A DNA stretch of 63,932 bases, filler included. It is 21 parts of 21 records of this genome, joined end to end, with 100 filler letters (N's around TTAATTAATTAA, not from the genome) between each part and the next. Parts side by side here need not be neighbours in the genome. Positions count along the whole stretch, not along the records: positions 1 to 2,726 come from SRR36015646_9564; positions 2,827 to 5,278 come from SRR36015646_10203; positions 5,379 to 7,963 come from SRR36015646_10617; positions 8,064 to 10,551 come from SRR36015646_10787; 17 more parts are not named here. One strand, written 5' to 3'. Both the position numbers and the translations under genes were made by a program. Positions 1 to 10,551 of this stretch are shown piece after piece. Below the pieces are notes generated by a model. It did no database searches and was not told the origin of the DNA. It saw only the letters and a list, made by a program, of their open reading frames with translations. Within the stretch, counting starts at the first letter, position 1. The number at the start of each line of letters is the position of its first letter.

Positions 1-23
1 TAAGACTTTAAATAAAAATCAAG

Positions 24-70
24 ATTGAATCTACGCGTTTCGTATAATTTAATATACTTTTCAAAACAAT
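24..70 (-). ncRNA. Minimal type I hammerhead ribozyme (U3-A8 core variant)
   Basis: Minus strand reads attgtt-UUGAAAA-GUAUA(uuaaau)UAUAC-GAAA-CGCG-UA-gauucaau: core, 5-bp stem II, GAAA, palindromic ACGCGU stem III and GUA cleavage triplet. It lies about 100 nt 3' of the PLE stop, where PLE hammerheads are known to sit. Confidence 0.75.
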
Positions 71-172
71 ATTTTACAATAAATATTTTACAATAAGAAA
101 TTTTACAATAAGAAAACCACAAATATTTTGTGAGCATTCTACAATTAACATGTGCATACAGTAGAAATATAC

Positions 173-2464
173 TTAGTGGATGTTAAGTTCATTATTTAGT
201 TCAGGCTTGAACTTTTTAATAAACTCACTTTCCTTTATTCTTCTAAATTGTACTTCAGAATTATATAGTTTGTAAAATGGTAGAATTGTGAATTTTATTC
301 TTTTTTTAGCAGCGCATTCTCTTATATGCTTGCTGACATACAGAACGCCATAGTTGGGATGCTCTATGTGTTGTCTATGTAGAGTAACTCGTTTTCTTAA
401 ACTACCGCCAGTTTCTCCTATATATTCTTTATTACACCCACAGCATTTTAAAACATATATTACATTTTCTGTGTTACAAGTGAAATTATTTTTGACAGCA
501 AAATCAGTACTGGCATTATTGAACTGAAACTTTTCACCTTCTCTTAAATGGATACATGTACCACAATTTGGACGCAAACATTTCTTGACATCGCAAGTAT
601 TGTCAACAGTGTTAGAAAAAGTTGATGAAGTTAAGAGCTGTTTTAGATTCTTAGACTGACGTTGAGATTTGATAAAGGTTACATTTTTGAATTTTTCTCT
701 TAGTTCTTTGTCCGACTTAATTATATCCATATTATTATTAATCACATTGAAAAAATTTATGTGAGAAGGGTTGTAAGTGTGAACGAATGCAATATTGTTG
801 TTATTAGAGTTTTTGGATGGAGGCGAAAGTAGTTGCCGTCGTGGTATGCTGACTGCTCTAGAAATTCCTTCTTCTATCAGTTGGTGTGGATAGCCTCTTT
901 TAATCAGTGTTGTCTTCAGCTCCTCCAGTCTTTGTGCGCATTTTCTTCCTTCTGAGACAATGGTGCACACTCTTTTTGCCATTGTAAATGGTATATTCCG
1001 TTTGACATGTGGTGGATGGCAAGAGTGAAAATCCAAGTATTGCTTGGTATCTGTAGGTTTACAGTATATATCGGTAGATATATAAGTGTCATTTATGTTG
1101 ACAAAAACATCCAAGAATGGAATACTCTGCTGGTGCATGTCGATAGTGTATTGTATATCTGGGTGCAGTTCATTCAACATTTTGTGAAATTCAGATATGT
1201 CACCCCATTTTTTATTCCATATTATGAAACAGTCATCGAGAAATCTCATGAAGTTGTTGGTTATATCCTCTGCCACACTTTGGGTGTACATGTGTTGGAG
1301 TCTTTCATAGAGAATTTCCTCTAAATATGCTAAAACTAAAGTAGCGTAGGTGGGCGCGACCTTGGTACCCATTGCTGTGCCTTTTAACTGTCTAAAGAAA
1401 ATATCGGCAAATTTAAAAATGTTATTTTTGAGAATTATTTCCAGACTCTCCAATATGAATTTATGCGAGAAACGTGACGGTACTGAAGTGGGAAATTTAT
1501 TTAGCCAGTATTTTATAGCTTTTAATCCTAAGTCATGCGGAATTTTGGTGTATAGACTAACAACATCGAAGCTGGCTAATACAGAATCTTTTTGGCATTT
1601 CTTTGGAAGCCTGCTGAGGAAATCAATATCATCTCGTAAAAAACTCTTCACGTGTTTAGTTAGTGGTTTGAGCACTTCGTCAAGGAAATTACTGAGACGA
1701 TGTGTCGAACATGATGGACCTCCAACAATAGGCCGCATTTTAAGATCTGCAGGACTTGCACAATGAATGTATTCCGAGTTTTGAGCATTTATGGCATCAG
1801 AAATTTCTTGACTTTTATGAACTTTCGGTAGTCCATAAAAATTGCTGGTACGGACATCAAAATTAGAGATAAAGTCAGCTTCTTTAGTTGTCAGAGTACT
1901 ATTCAGCAAGTAGTGTGATGAATGGTTTCGAACCTTAACCATTACATTCTTGTCAGCCTTCGCATCACAACTTTCATAAAATTCATTATCTTGCAGCATT
2001 GGCAAACACTTGTTATAATAATAGTCACGATCCATAACGATTACCGCTCCACCCTTGTCTGCTTCTTTTATAACAATATTATTATTTACCCGTAACCGAG
2101 TAAGCGCACTATTTTGTTCCTTAGTGAGATTATTACTAACTGACGTTATGTTGTCTATGGGGTGTCTTCGCAGCACCTGTATAAAGTGATCCAATGAAGG
2201 ATTTCTCCCTGGCGGTGGACAAAATTTTGATGGGTTGGAAAACAGTGAACCATCGTTATGGAAATCTGATGAGTTTGCATGCCATTCTTTTAGACTGACC
2301 TTCCGGGCTACTGCTTCAACATCCGCTTTAAGTCTCGTAAGGTCAGGTCGTGGTGTAGGTGTAAACTTTAGGCCTTTGCCCAATACTTCCAATTCTACCT
2401 GTGTCAAAGTACATGACGACAAATTTATTACTTTTGGTTCTGTTTTTGAGTTTTCTGTATGCAC
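173..2464 (-). CDS. PLE reverse transcriptase with GIY-YIG endonuclease (frame open to 2554; true start uncertain)
   Basis: VINLSS..LT..E..VLGKGLKFTPTP, IKEADKGGAVIVMD, FYGLPKVHK, SFDVVSLYT, GTAMGT, RFLDD, YCKPTD; Cys motif CLRPNCGTC before NVIYVLKC..C..EYIGET (Neptune-type GIY-YIG). Confidence 0.95.
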   Translation of the reverse strand: MHTENSKTEPKVINLSSCTLTQVELEVLGKGLKFTPTPRPDLTRLKADVEAVARKVSLKEWHANSSDFHNDGSLFSNPSKFCPPPGRNPSLDHFIQVLRRHPIDNITSVSNNLTKEQNSALTRLRVNNNIVIKEADKGGAVIVMDRDYYYNKCLPMLQDNEFYESCDAKADKNVMVKVRNHSSHYLLNSTLTTKEADFISNFDVRTSNFYGLPKVHKSQEISDAINAQNSEYIHCASPADLKMRPIVGGPSCSTHRLSNFLDEVLKPLTKHVKSFLRDDIDFLSRLPKKCQKDSVLASFDVVSLYTKIPHDLGLKAIKYWLNKFPTSVPSRFSHKFILESLEIILKNNIFKFADIFFRQLKGTAMGTKVAPTYATLVLAYLEEILYERLQHMYTQSVAEDITNNFMRFLDDCFIIWNKKWGDISEFHKMLNELHPDIQYTIDMHQQSIPFLDVFVNINDTYISTDIYCKPTDTKQYLDFHSCHPPHVKRNIPFTMAKRVCTIVSEGRKCAQRLEELKTTLIKRGYPHQLIEEGISRAVSIPRRQLLSPPSKNSNNNNIAFVHTYNPSHINFFNVINNNMDIIKSDKELREKFKNVTFIKSQRQSKNLKQLLTSSTFSNTVDNTCDVKKCLRPNCGTCIHLREGEKFQFNNASTDFAVKNNFTCNTENVIYVLKCCGCNKEYIGETGGSLRKRVTLHRQHIEHPNYGVLYVSKHIRECAAKKRIKFTILPFYKLYNSEVQFRRIKESEFIKKFKPELNNELNIH

Positions 2465-2493
2465 GTGTTGTTGGGAATTCCCATTAGAATAGT

Positions 2494-2724
2494 TTAGTAT
2501 TTGTGCCTCGCTGGACGCTTTTGTTGTTGGGCCAAAAAAGACGTTTGTCTTCTGTTAGTGTCTGCCGTAACAAAACGTCCAGAGTTGAGCACCGACACAT
2601 ATGTTGGTTTGTTGTCATTAGTCTCCTGTATGTGAAGGAAATGACACCTTTCTTTATACGGGCACCTGCCAATTTTAGTGAAGTACCAGCAAGCTTTCTG
2701 ATTCCTTTCTTGGAGTTGGGGATC
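2494..2724 (-). CDS. Partial upstream ORF with a CCCH zinc finger (not in the ORF track)
   Basis: Stop-free from the contig edge: DPQLQERNQKA-CWYFTKIGRCPYKERCHFLH-IQETND...TSFLAQQQKRPARHKY*. C-x8-C-x5-C-x3-H at 2632-2691. Confidence 0.7.
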   Translation of the reverse strand, partial: DPQLQERNQKACWYFTKIGRCPYKERCHFLHIQETNDNKPTYVSVLNSGRFVTADTNRRQTSFLAQQQKRPARHKY

Positions 2725-2726
2725 AT

Positions 2727-2826
2727 NNNNNNNNNNNNNNNNNNNNNNNNNNNNNNNNNNNNNNNNNNNNTTAATTAATTAANNNNNNNNNNNNNNNNNN
2801 NNNNNNNNNNNNNNNNNNNNNNNNNN
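2727..2826. other. Artificial contig linker N44-TTAATTAATTAA-N44 (first of 20)
   Basis: The identical 100-bp spacer starts at 2727, 5279, 7964, 10552, 14482, 18279, 21173, 23614, 25976, 30298, 32406, 34625, 38643, 42212, 44836, 47522, 49696, 53150, 58364 and 60912. TTAATTAATTAA gives stops in all six frames, a standard pseudomolecule joiner. Confidence 0.99.
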
Positions 2827-5086
2827 CCATGCACCATACTTTTGAAACTGGCCCATCTACGGTAAATAGATTAGGTCTATAATTAGTACATGTTAACATA
2901 CCTGAGGAAACGTGAGGTGTGAATAGATAATGGGCATCATAGCTCCCGTTAGGACACTCGATATGTAGACCACCATTGACCTTGGATACCATCAGGGTGG
3001 ACACTATGTCGAACATGCACTCCATTGAGCAGTAACGGATCTGGTGAAGCAACGTCACAACTGAGGTACGCATGTCAAAAAGTGCTACATATCCCTGCGA
3101 AGATACAGAAACACACAACAGGGCAAAACGCTTTCCAACGTCGGCTAAACTACGAACGCTCATATTCTCTGTATCCATAATGCTGTTGCCTTCGATGCGT
3201 AACCGACTGTTCCCAAATATGTTGCATATGTGTGTGCGCATCACGATTTCGCCATATTGCAAATCTGCTATGTTAATAGAACACTGGCGGTTCTTGGTTT
3301 CCAAATAGTAAAGCATGTCGTTGCGAAAGATAGTTCCGAACGAGGAGAGACTCAATGACGTCATTGGTTCACTTTGGATATTCGCCTCCAATGTGAACAG
3401 CAGTTTTCCTTTAACGACTTTTTCACAACTTCGCGATTCTACGCCCATAAAAAGTTCCCACACGAAAATTTGATAGATGTCGCTGCTAACAATTCGGAAG
3501 ACACTACGATGGTTCACACCTCCATCACATTTGCAAATAAGGACTCTAATAATAGGGTTTATACATATACTCTTCAAAATTGAATGAAGATGTCCACTAG
3601 AAACTGACCATAACTGAACGCTTCCCTTGCTCATTCCTGCTGCTAACAGATCAGCCTTGTAGCACGTGTCCATCGATAGGATAATTTCCTCGTTTTCAAT
3701 TGGGGCCTCTTCTCTTTCCCGAATTCCTGGAACGAAGTCCATGACGTTAGTTATGGATGTGGTGGCATCCCGCCAACTGCATTCATCATTAAAGCTTCTA
3801 AAACTCTCCACATAGGCACATTTCTTCACGTTGTGTATGAGCGTAACAGTATCATAAAGTGTAACGTCAAAGACAGACATCCTACGAAAGAATCGAAGCT
3901 GGTAATTCTCCAGGTTTATGATCTTTCCATTAGCACTGTATGGCGTGTAGCTGCAGAACACTAACAAATTTCCAATAATCTGTATTCCTGAATTTATTCG
4001 GAAGTTTTTTGTGAATGTGATCTTTTCAAGTGATTCTGCACGTGGCAGTAGCATCACATCTCTTGCCATTAGCCTGTAAGCAGACATCCAAATGGTAGCC
4101 AGTGTGAGGCTCCTATCAAAATAATTTCTAATATCAAATTCAGTACAAGCACCATCATTGGATGAAATGTCACAAGAACAAGATTGCTCTTTATTCTTCA
4201 TGTGACCTCTACTCTCTTTGCCAAATGAAACGAATGCAAAGTGATAATCATAAGATGAACTATTGTCGAAAGAACTTCTAGGACTAGTAAGTCCGAAGCA
4301 TCGCTGTTGAATTCTGGTAGAGGCTGTACCATTTTTACTAGAAGAGGTGCTAGAGATGGTCTCAATGCTACTGCTGGAGGCTGTCTCACGGCCTTCGCTG
4401 GAGGCTGTCTCAAAGAAATCGCTGGATGCTATCTCAGAGACATCACTAGAAGCTGTTTCAGTGCCGTAGCTAGAGCCTGTCTCAAAGTGATAGCTGGAAG
4501 CAGCTGTCTCAAAGCCATTACTAGAGGCTGTCTCAAAGCTATTACAAGAGGCTGTCTCAAAGCCATCGCCGGAAACTTTCTCGATGTCATCGCTGTAGAA
4601 TGCCTCAACGCCATTGAAGGAGGCTCTCTCCACGTCATCGCAGGACGATGTATTCACACCATCGCTGGACACTGTCTTAACAGAATCATTGCAAGTCGTT
4701 GCAACATTATTACTCGAGACACTCGGAGTGCCATTGATGTCGTCTACCTTAATGTAATTACATACATCACTGTGGACACATGACACATATTGATGACTAT
4801 TTTTGGATGCCCGGCTACACATGCGCAATGAGCCTCCTGCATGTCCAATATCAGACGTTAACGCCTTATGGTAGCTAATGAAATCCTCAGAACTTTCCTG
4901 ATTGTCATCAAATATAATCCCATACTGATTACACTTGCTTCTCCATATAGCTCTTGATGTGATTATTCTTTGTCTCCACGCCATGCAAACTCTTTGGCAC
5001 GAACACAGACTACTATCGTCCATATATGTCCCAATGTGCTCAAACAGTTCGTAAGGAAAACCACATATGAAGTCGAAGGGTTCCAT
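2827..5086 (-). CDS. F-box protein with Ser-rich repeat linker and probable WD40-like beta-propeller; 3'-truncated
   Basis: N-terminal DFICGFPYELFEHIGTYMDDSSLCSCQRVCMAWRQRI...IWRSKC fits an F-box; LLAAGMSKGSVQLWSVSSG is WD40-like. Intronless over 2.26 kb. Confidence 0.8.
4375..4680. repeat. Coding 24-bp minisatellite (8-aa ETASSxxF units) inside the F-box ORF
   Basis: GAGGCTGTCTCAAAGC-type units recur at about 24-bp spacing and decay toward both ends. Confidence 0.85.
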
Positions 5087-8063
5087 AGTAACTGATGACC
5101 TACAGTTTTTTAGCTGTTAAATCGCCGACCTAAAAATAGTTTACAAATACTTTAAAAGGGTTTACTTATGCCTGCGATCAAAATTCAGTGTAACACTCGA
5201 GTGTTACCGTACGTACGTTGTAAATTAATTTGACAAGGCAAAAAACGATAACCCTATATTGTGCTATGCCACGCAAAANNNNNNNNNNNNNNNNNNNNNN
5301 NNNNNNNNNNNNNNNNNNNNNNTTAATTAATTAANNNNNNNNNNNNNNNNNNNNNNNNNNNNNNNNNNNNNNNNNNNNCTCAGAAACGTATCCCCGACCA
5401 TATTCAAGAGAGGACGCAATATTGAAATAACATGCATTACTTTACTCTATTTGCATTTAGACCTAGAAAACAAGTTTTTACACGGGATACGCACAAATAG
5501 CCAAAAAGTCTTAATATACCTTCTTTAATTTCTTCGTCATACATATACATAACTACAATAAATAATTGGCTATATCCCGAAAACTTCTAAATAAAAGACT
5601 ATTCGGGACTCATGGATGACTGGAGGCAGAAACCTTCGCAACAAGTTTCCCCAAACTTCCGGATGTACACATAATAATAAACGTGTTGGTAGCGTGGCTT
5701 AACCTAATCATGTCTCAGCTTAAACCTGGATTTAGTTTAACCGGCCGGTTAAAGTAAACCCAGTCTCAAACCTTAACTCTTGTATCAGAATATTGAGTTT
5801 TACGCGCAAGAACCGCATACGCGATCTCCGCAAAACTCGCCACTTTAAACTTCAGGTTTTTACACAAAACCCTCCAAAACTCACAACACGTAAAATAAAC
5901 AGCCGAACAACATACGGCACCGCGAACAATTGAAACTGCGCCTAAAAATAGTGACGCGCGGGGACTAGCCCGAACTTCACCTAGGCTTCAACCGGCTCAC
6001 TAAATAAAACGAGTTTCAACACGATCCCTCGATACCCCAGAAATCACTGACAAATCAGATAGCCTGAACTTCACCTAGACTACATCTGGTCCTATTTCTG
6101 GGTATCCTGACAACCATTGACCAACCTGTCAATTCTAGCTCTCCAACATACGTAAAACTATTGGATCAGGGAATCCAGCATCCCTGTCAATTTCAACAGA
6201 AGTGATTTAAAGACGTCATTTTTTTATGGCTGACATTGCCGCGCCGTACTGATACTTTGCGTCTTACCACTGAACTGATTCAGCTTCGTCATTTTATTTT
6301 TAAGAACGTTTCATTTAAATCACAACTTCAAAATAAAACACCGCAAACTAACGAGCACACGCTACCAACTTCACTACCGAAAACTTAGGAACCATATTTC
6401 ACCTTAAAACCTAGGAATAACAATAGTGTCCCTTCAGAACTAGCTCAGCAACTTAGAGCTTCACTGGACAACTATTAATACCGAACTTTACGTACGCCGG
6501 AATACTACTGCCAATAAAGACCCTATCTTGGAATAGTCTGAACTACACCTAGACTGTACCGGTCACTTATGCAGAGTATCCAGCCCATAATTAAACTACG
6601 TCTGTCCCATAACACAGGGAACAGACAATTTAGACTAATGCGCAGTGTAAGCCACTGAATCTGGAAAGCACGCGTTCCAGACCAGGAACAACTCGAAAAC
6701 TAACTGCCCTCGAGCAAACGGAACAAAACTTGTAAATCTGCGGAGCTGCGATACTACGGATATCACAGCTCATCAAGAACGCTCGCCTAACCTAAACGCG
6801 CGATTGTCACAGTGACAATCAATCAGAGTCTTATGACTTTCACACTTTAACACATTTTGAGCTCTTATATTTCTGCCACGACAACAACAAATATCTGACT
6901 GCTCGGTACGGTATCTGTAATCACAGACTTCGCACTCGTAGTCTAGCTTTTCAACAAAGATATAAATCTTTATTTGGATTTGTGTTTTCCGGCAACTAGT
7001 TTGTGTTAATAAAATAAGCATCTTGCATACAGTATTTTTAAGTAAATTGGTAACGTCTAGATATGAATATTGGCCGGTTTTATCCAATCTGAGGCCTACA
7101 TAATTATACAAGAATTCAACATGCATTAGGTAAAATGGGGACAACAATATATAAGTCATGTCTCATTTGTTCAATACACACGATATCAGTGGAGACAATA
7201 ATATATGAGTCAAGTCTCAACTTCCAGCACGGATTTTCGCGTAATAAGGAATAATTATGCAGATTAGAAGCAGATGGACAACTGTTTTTGAGATATGATT
7301 TTAGCCATACGGCTAATGTTTTATACAAAAACTCAAGAGTTCATGAGCAAAACATGGGGACAAAACGTACCAGGTTTCAGTCTCTCATTGCCATTTATGA
7401 GGATTTTTGTGTGATTAAAAGATTTTTTAATGTACCGAAATCATTGTAGGGAAGAGGAGGCTTGGAGCAATACACTGTTCTCTGTACCCTTTTGCCAGAA
7501 TATCTCATGACCCTGAGAATTCTAACAACAGTGTAACATGAAACCGGTACTTTTTCCAGAACTGTCTTTATATGCCGAAGCAAATAAGTAACAGGTCACC
7601 TCCGGAGTAGTGAGAAAGGATTTTGATACGGAATAAGAGGCTTGGAGCAAGGCCTTGTCTTCTTTACCCTTTTGCCAGAATATCTCACGATAAGCCAACT
7701 CTTTGTTTCAGGCAGATGCCTGACACACAGAGGATGGCTCGCCGAATCTGCATATGTATGAGCCCTCCTTGGAATAAGTCAGCCAGGGACCCTATGTAAG
7801 CCCTCGAATGAATTTCGGCAAGTGTTATTAAAACTATAACTAGTTGTAACACGTTTTACGCCAGAACTAATTCGAGCAAGCATTAACATAGACTATAGTA
7901 TGAAACATTGAGGCCCTGACGCTATCCAAGTTACCAAGAGTTTTACTTAATCATAACATGCAGNNNNNNNNNNNNNNNNNNNNNNNNNNNNNNNNNNNNN
8001 NNNNNNNTTAATTAATTAANNNNNNNNNNNNNNNNNNNNNNNNNNNNNNNNNNNNNNNNNNNN

Positions 8064-8704
8064 TGGAAGCCGATGCGAATACCATGGAAACTAATGCAGA
8101 TGAGGCTGCTGAAGTAGATGCATCAGAAGAAACTGAACGTGAAGAGGAAAACGAAAATAAAGAAGCTCATGTCACAGAAAACATCATCATAGAAAACTTT
8201 AAAAAGAAGAACGAACTAGTAGAATCCAGCCAGAGTTCATGCATGAGCAGCAGTAGCTCCTTCTATGATGTGGAGGAAGACAATACCCATATGTCAAACG
8301 GAAATGAAGAAGATTCATACGAAGGTCCCATCTTACCTCCACACAAACGCAAGAAAACACATTCACTGTCACAGTTACACCCTGGAAACTACGGCACTGA
8401 AGAAAAAATGGAGTTAAATAAAGCTAAAGGCAATGACCAAGGCAAGCATACAAAAGTTCCTCCTGGGCTGAAACCAACATACGTCACACTTCCCTTCATG
8501 GAGCCATATGTCACACAAGATGGTCTTTGGCACTGGAGGAGGAAAGACACAAAAGAGATGGCAAGCAGAAATACACTGATTTTGAGCAAATTGGATGATG
8601 AACAGAAGTCTTTGGTAGAGCAATACAGTAAGAAAGATGCATATTTTCACAGGGGTAGATATTGGTGGAGAGCAAGAAAGCCAGAAAAATCTCTGCAACA
8701 ATAA
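8064..8704 (+). CDS. LINE ORF1, C-terminal part (5'-truncated)
   Basis: Acidic, low-complexity ORF that ends 22 nt before an APE-RT ORF on the same strand. Confidence 0.65.
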
Positions 8705-8725
8705 ACGAAACCTACAGCAACAGAT

Positions 8726-10551
8726 ATGAGGACCCTACATTACCACATAAATATAATAGTAATGGCCATTACATTACTAACACTTAACGTGAATGGCCTT
8801 CAGGACAACACTAAACGAAGAAACATATTTGCATGGCTAAAAAGAAGTAGAGCTGATATCATATTAATTCAAGAGACGCATTCACAACCCTGCGATGAGC
8901 AGCCTTGGCAAACTGAATGGCAAGGGAATATCTTGTTTAGTCACGGTTCCACACACTCTCGAGGGGTCTGTATGCTGTTTAAAGATGATGACTCGGCGAT
9001 TAGTAACATAGGTAAAGATAACGATGGGCGCCGCATTCAGGCAGACATCAAGTGGCACAATGAAGAGATACGAATCATTAATATATACGCTCCAAATACA
9101 GCAAGCGAACGAAAAGATTTCTTCAATGATCAAATTGCCAACACCTTCAGTCCTACCATGTTTAACATTGTAGCCGGAGATTTTAACTTACTTCTAGATC
9201 CAACTTTGGATGCGATGAACAGCAGATCACCAAACGACTCCAGTAGAGCTGTGGTAAAAGAAATAATGAACGACAACAATTTATTAGATATCTGGAGGAA
9301 AAGATTCCCAACACGGAAAGATTTCACATACAGGAATGCAGCCAAAACAATTGCCAGTCGCATAGATCTGGTATTGATAGACGAACGGCTGCAGACATCA
9401 GTTACTTTCACTGACATCCAATCCTGCACATTCAGCGACCATGATGCAGTGATAACTACACTAGACAACATGACAGACATTAGAAAAGGACCTGGTAGAT
9501 GGATTATAAACGATGCTATTCTTCAGGATGAACAATATCAAAATAAAATTGTTAGCTATATAGAAAACTGGAAAACAACCAAACCAATAGGAAAATCATG
9601 GAGTGACTGGTGGGAAAAATTTAAAAGAGACGTTAAAGAAATATCAACAGAATATAGCAAAATGAAATCAAAGCATGCAAATACACTTCATAAAAAACTA
9701 ATGAAAGATCATAGGAGAATATCCCGGAAAGTAAATAACGGACAAACACAATATGCACAACTGATGACTTCAATAGAAAACAGAATAAGAGAGATAGAGA
9801 TAAAGAAGACAGAAGGTGACAGAATAAGGTCAAAGGTGAAATGGGAAGAGGAAGGTGAAAAGCCAACAAAATTCTTTTTGGGATTAGAGAAGCAGCGAGG
9901 CAAGTCCAAGCTAATACGAGCTATAAGGGACCAGTATGGAGCACTGAGGACTACAACAGATGGGATCCTTGATGAGTGCACAAATTTCTACAAAAATTTA
10001 TACACGACTGAAGGAATAGACAGAACAAAAGCAACGGAAATTTTAAACTTTGTTGACCGAAAAATTACAGACGAACAAAAAATTGCCACTGAAAGAGATA
10101 TAACGATAGGAGAATGTGAGAAGGCATTACGACAACTACATGCAGGGAAATCTCCAGGGGACGACGGCATCGGGATACAGTTTTATCGAACATTTTTTAA
10201 CAATATCAAGGTGCCATACCTTGCACTGCTCAACGAGATCTCCCAGCTACAAAATATGACAGCTTCGATGAAGAACGCCTTAATTATCTTGATTTTCAAA
10301 GAAATGGGAACCCGAGAATATCTGAAATTCTGGAGGCCCATTAGTCTTCTGAACACAGACTATAAACTATTGGCGAAAGTAATTGCAAACAGAATATGTC
10401 TTGTACTTCCGTCAATCATCGGTGGCACACAGTCATGTGCAATTAAGGGCAGAATGATAAATGATAACGTCTCAATAATACGTGACACTATAGCATATTC
10501 AAATGAAAGAGACGAACAACTAGCAATAGTGTGTATAGACGAAGAAAAGGC
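8726..10551 (+). CDS. L1/Tx1-like LINE ORF2 (APE endonuclease plus start of RT), 3'-truncated
   Basis: TLNVNGL, LIQETH, NIYAPN, GDFN, SRID, SDH; EGEKPTKFFLGLEK; KSPGDDG; WRPISLLNTDYK. ATG 8762 is an alternative start. Confidence 0.95.

Larger units (their letters stand above)
1..2726 (-). mobile_element. Penelope-like element (PLE), Neptune-like, 5'-truncated by the contig end
   Basis: RT plus C-terminal GIY-YIG ORF, a hammerhead motif in the 3' UTR and an upstream CCCH ORF. Confidence 0.93.

Noticed and set aside
2484-2726. ORF-track 80-aa ORF MIPNSKKG as the PLE upstream gene
   Set aside because: No recognisable motif; the CCCH finger is in a different frame (2494-2724).
5092-5125. CTGATGA hammerhead-like cores here and on the minus strand at 45225-45231
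   Set aside because: Neither has a stem II followed by GAAA and an NUH triplet.
8702-8728. Readthrough between same-frame LINE ORF1 and ORF2 (also 37580-37600)
   Set aside because: UAA-A is a poor readthrough context, the second case has three in-frame stops, and both ORF2s have their own AUG.
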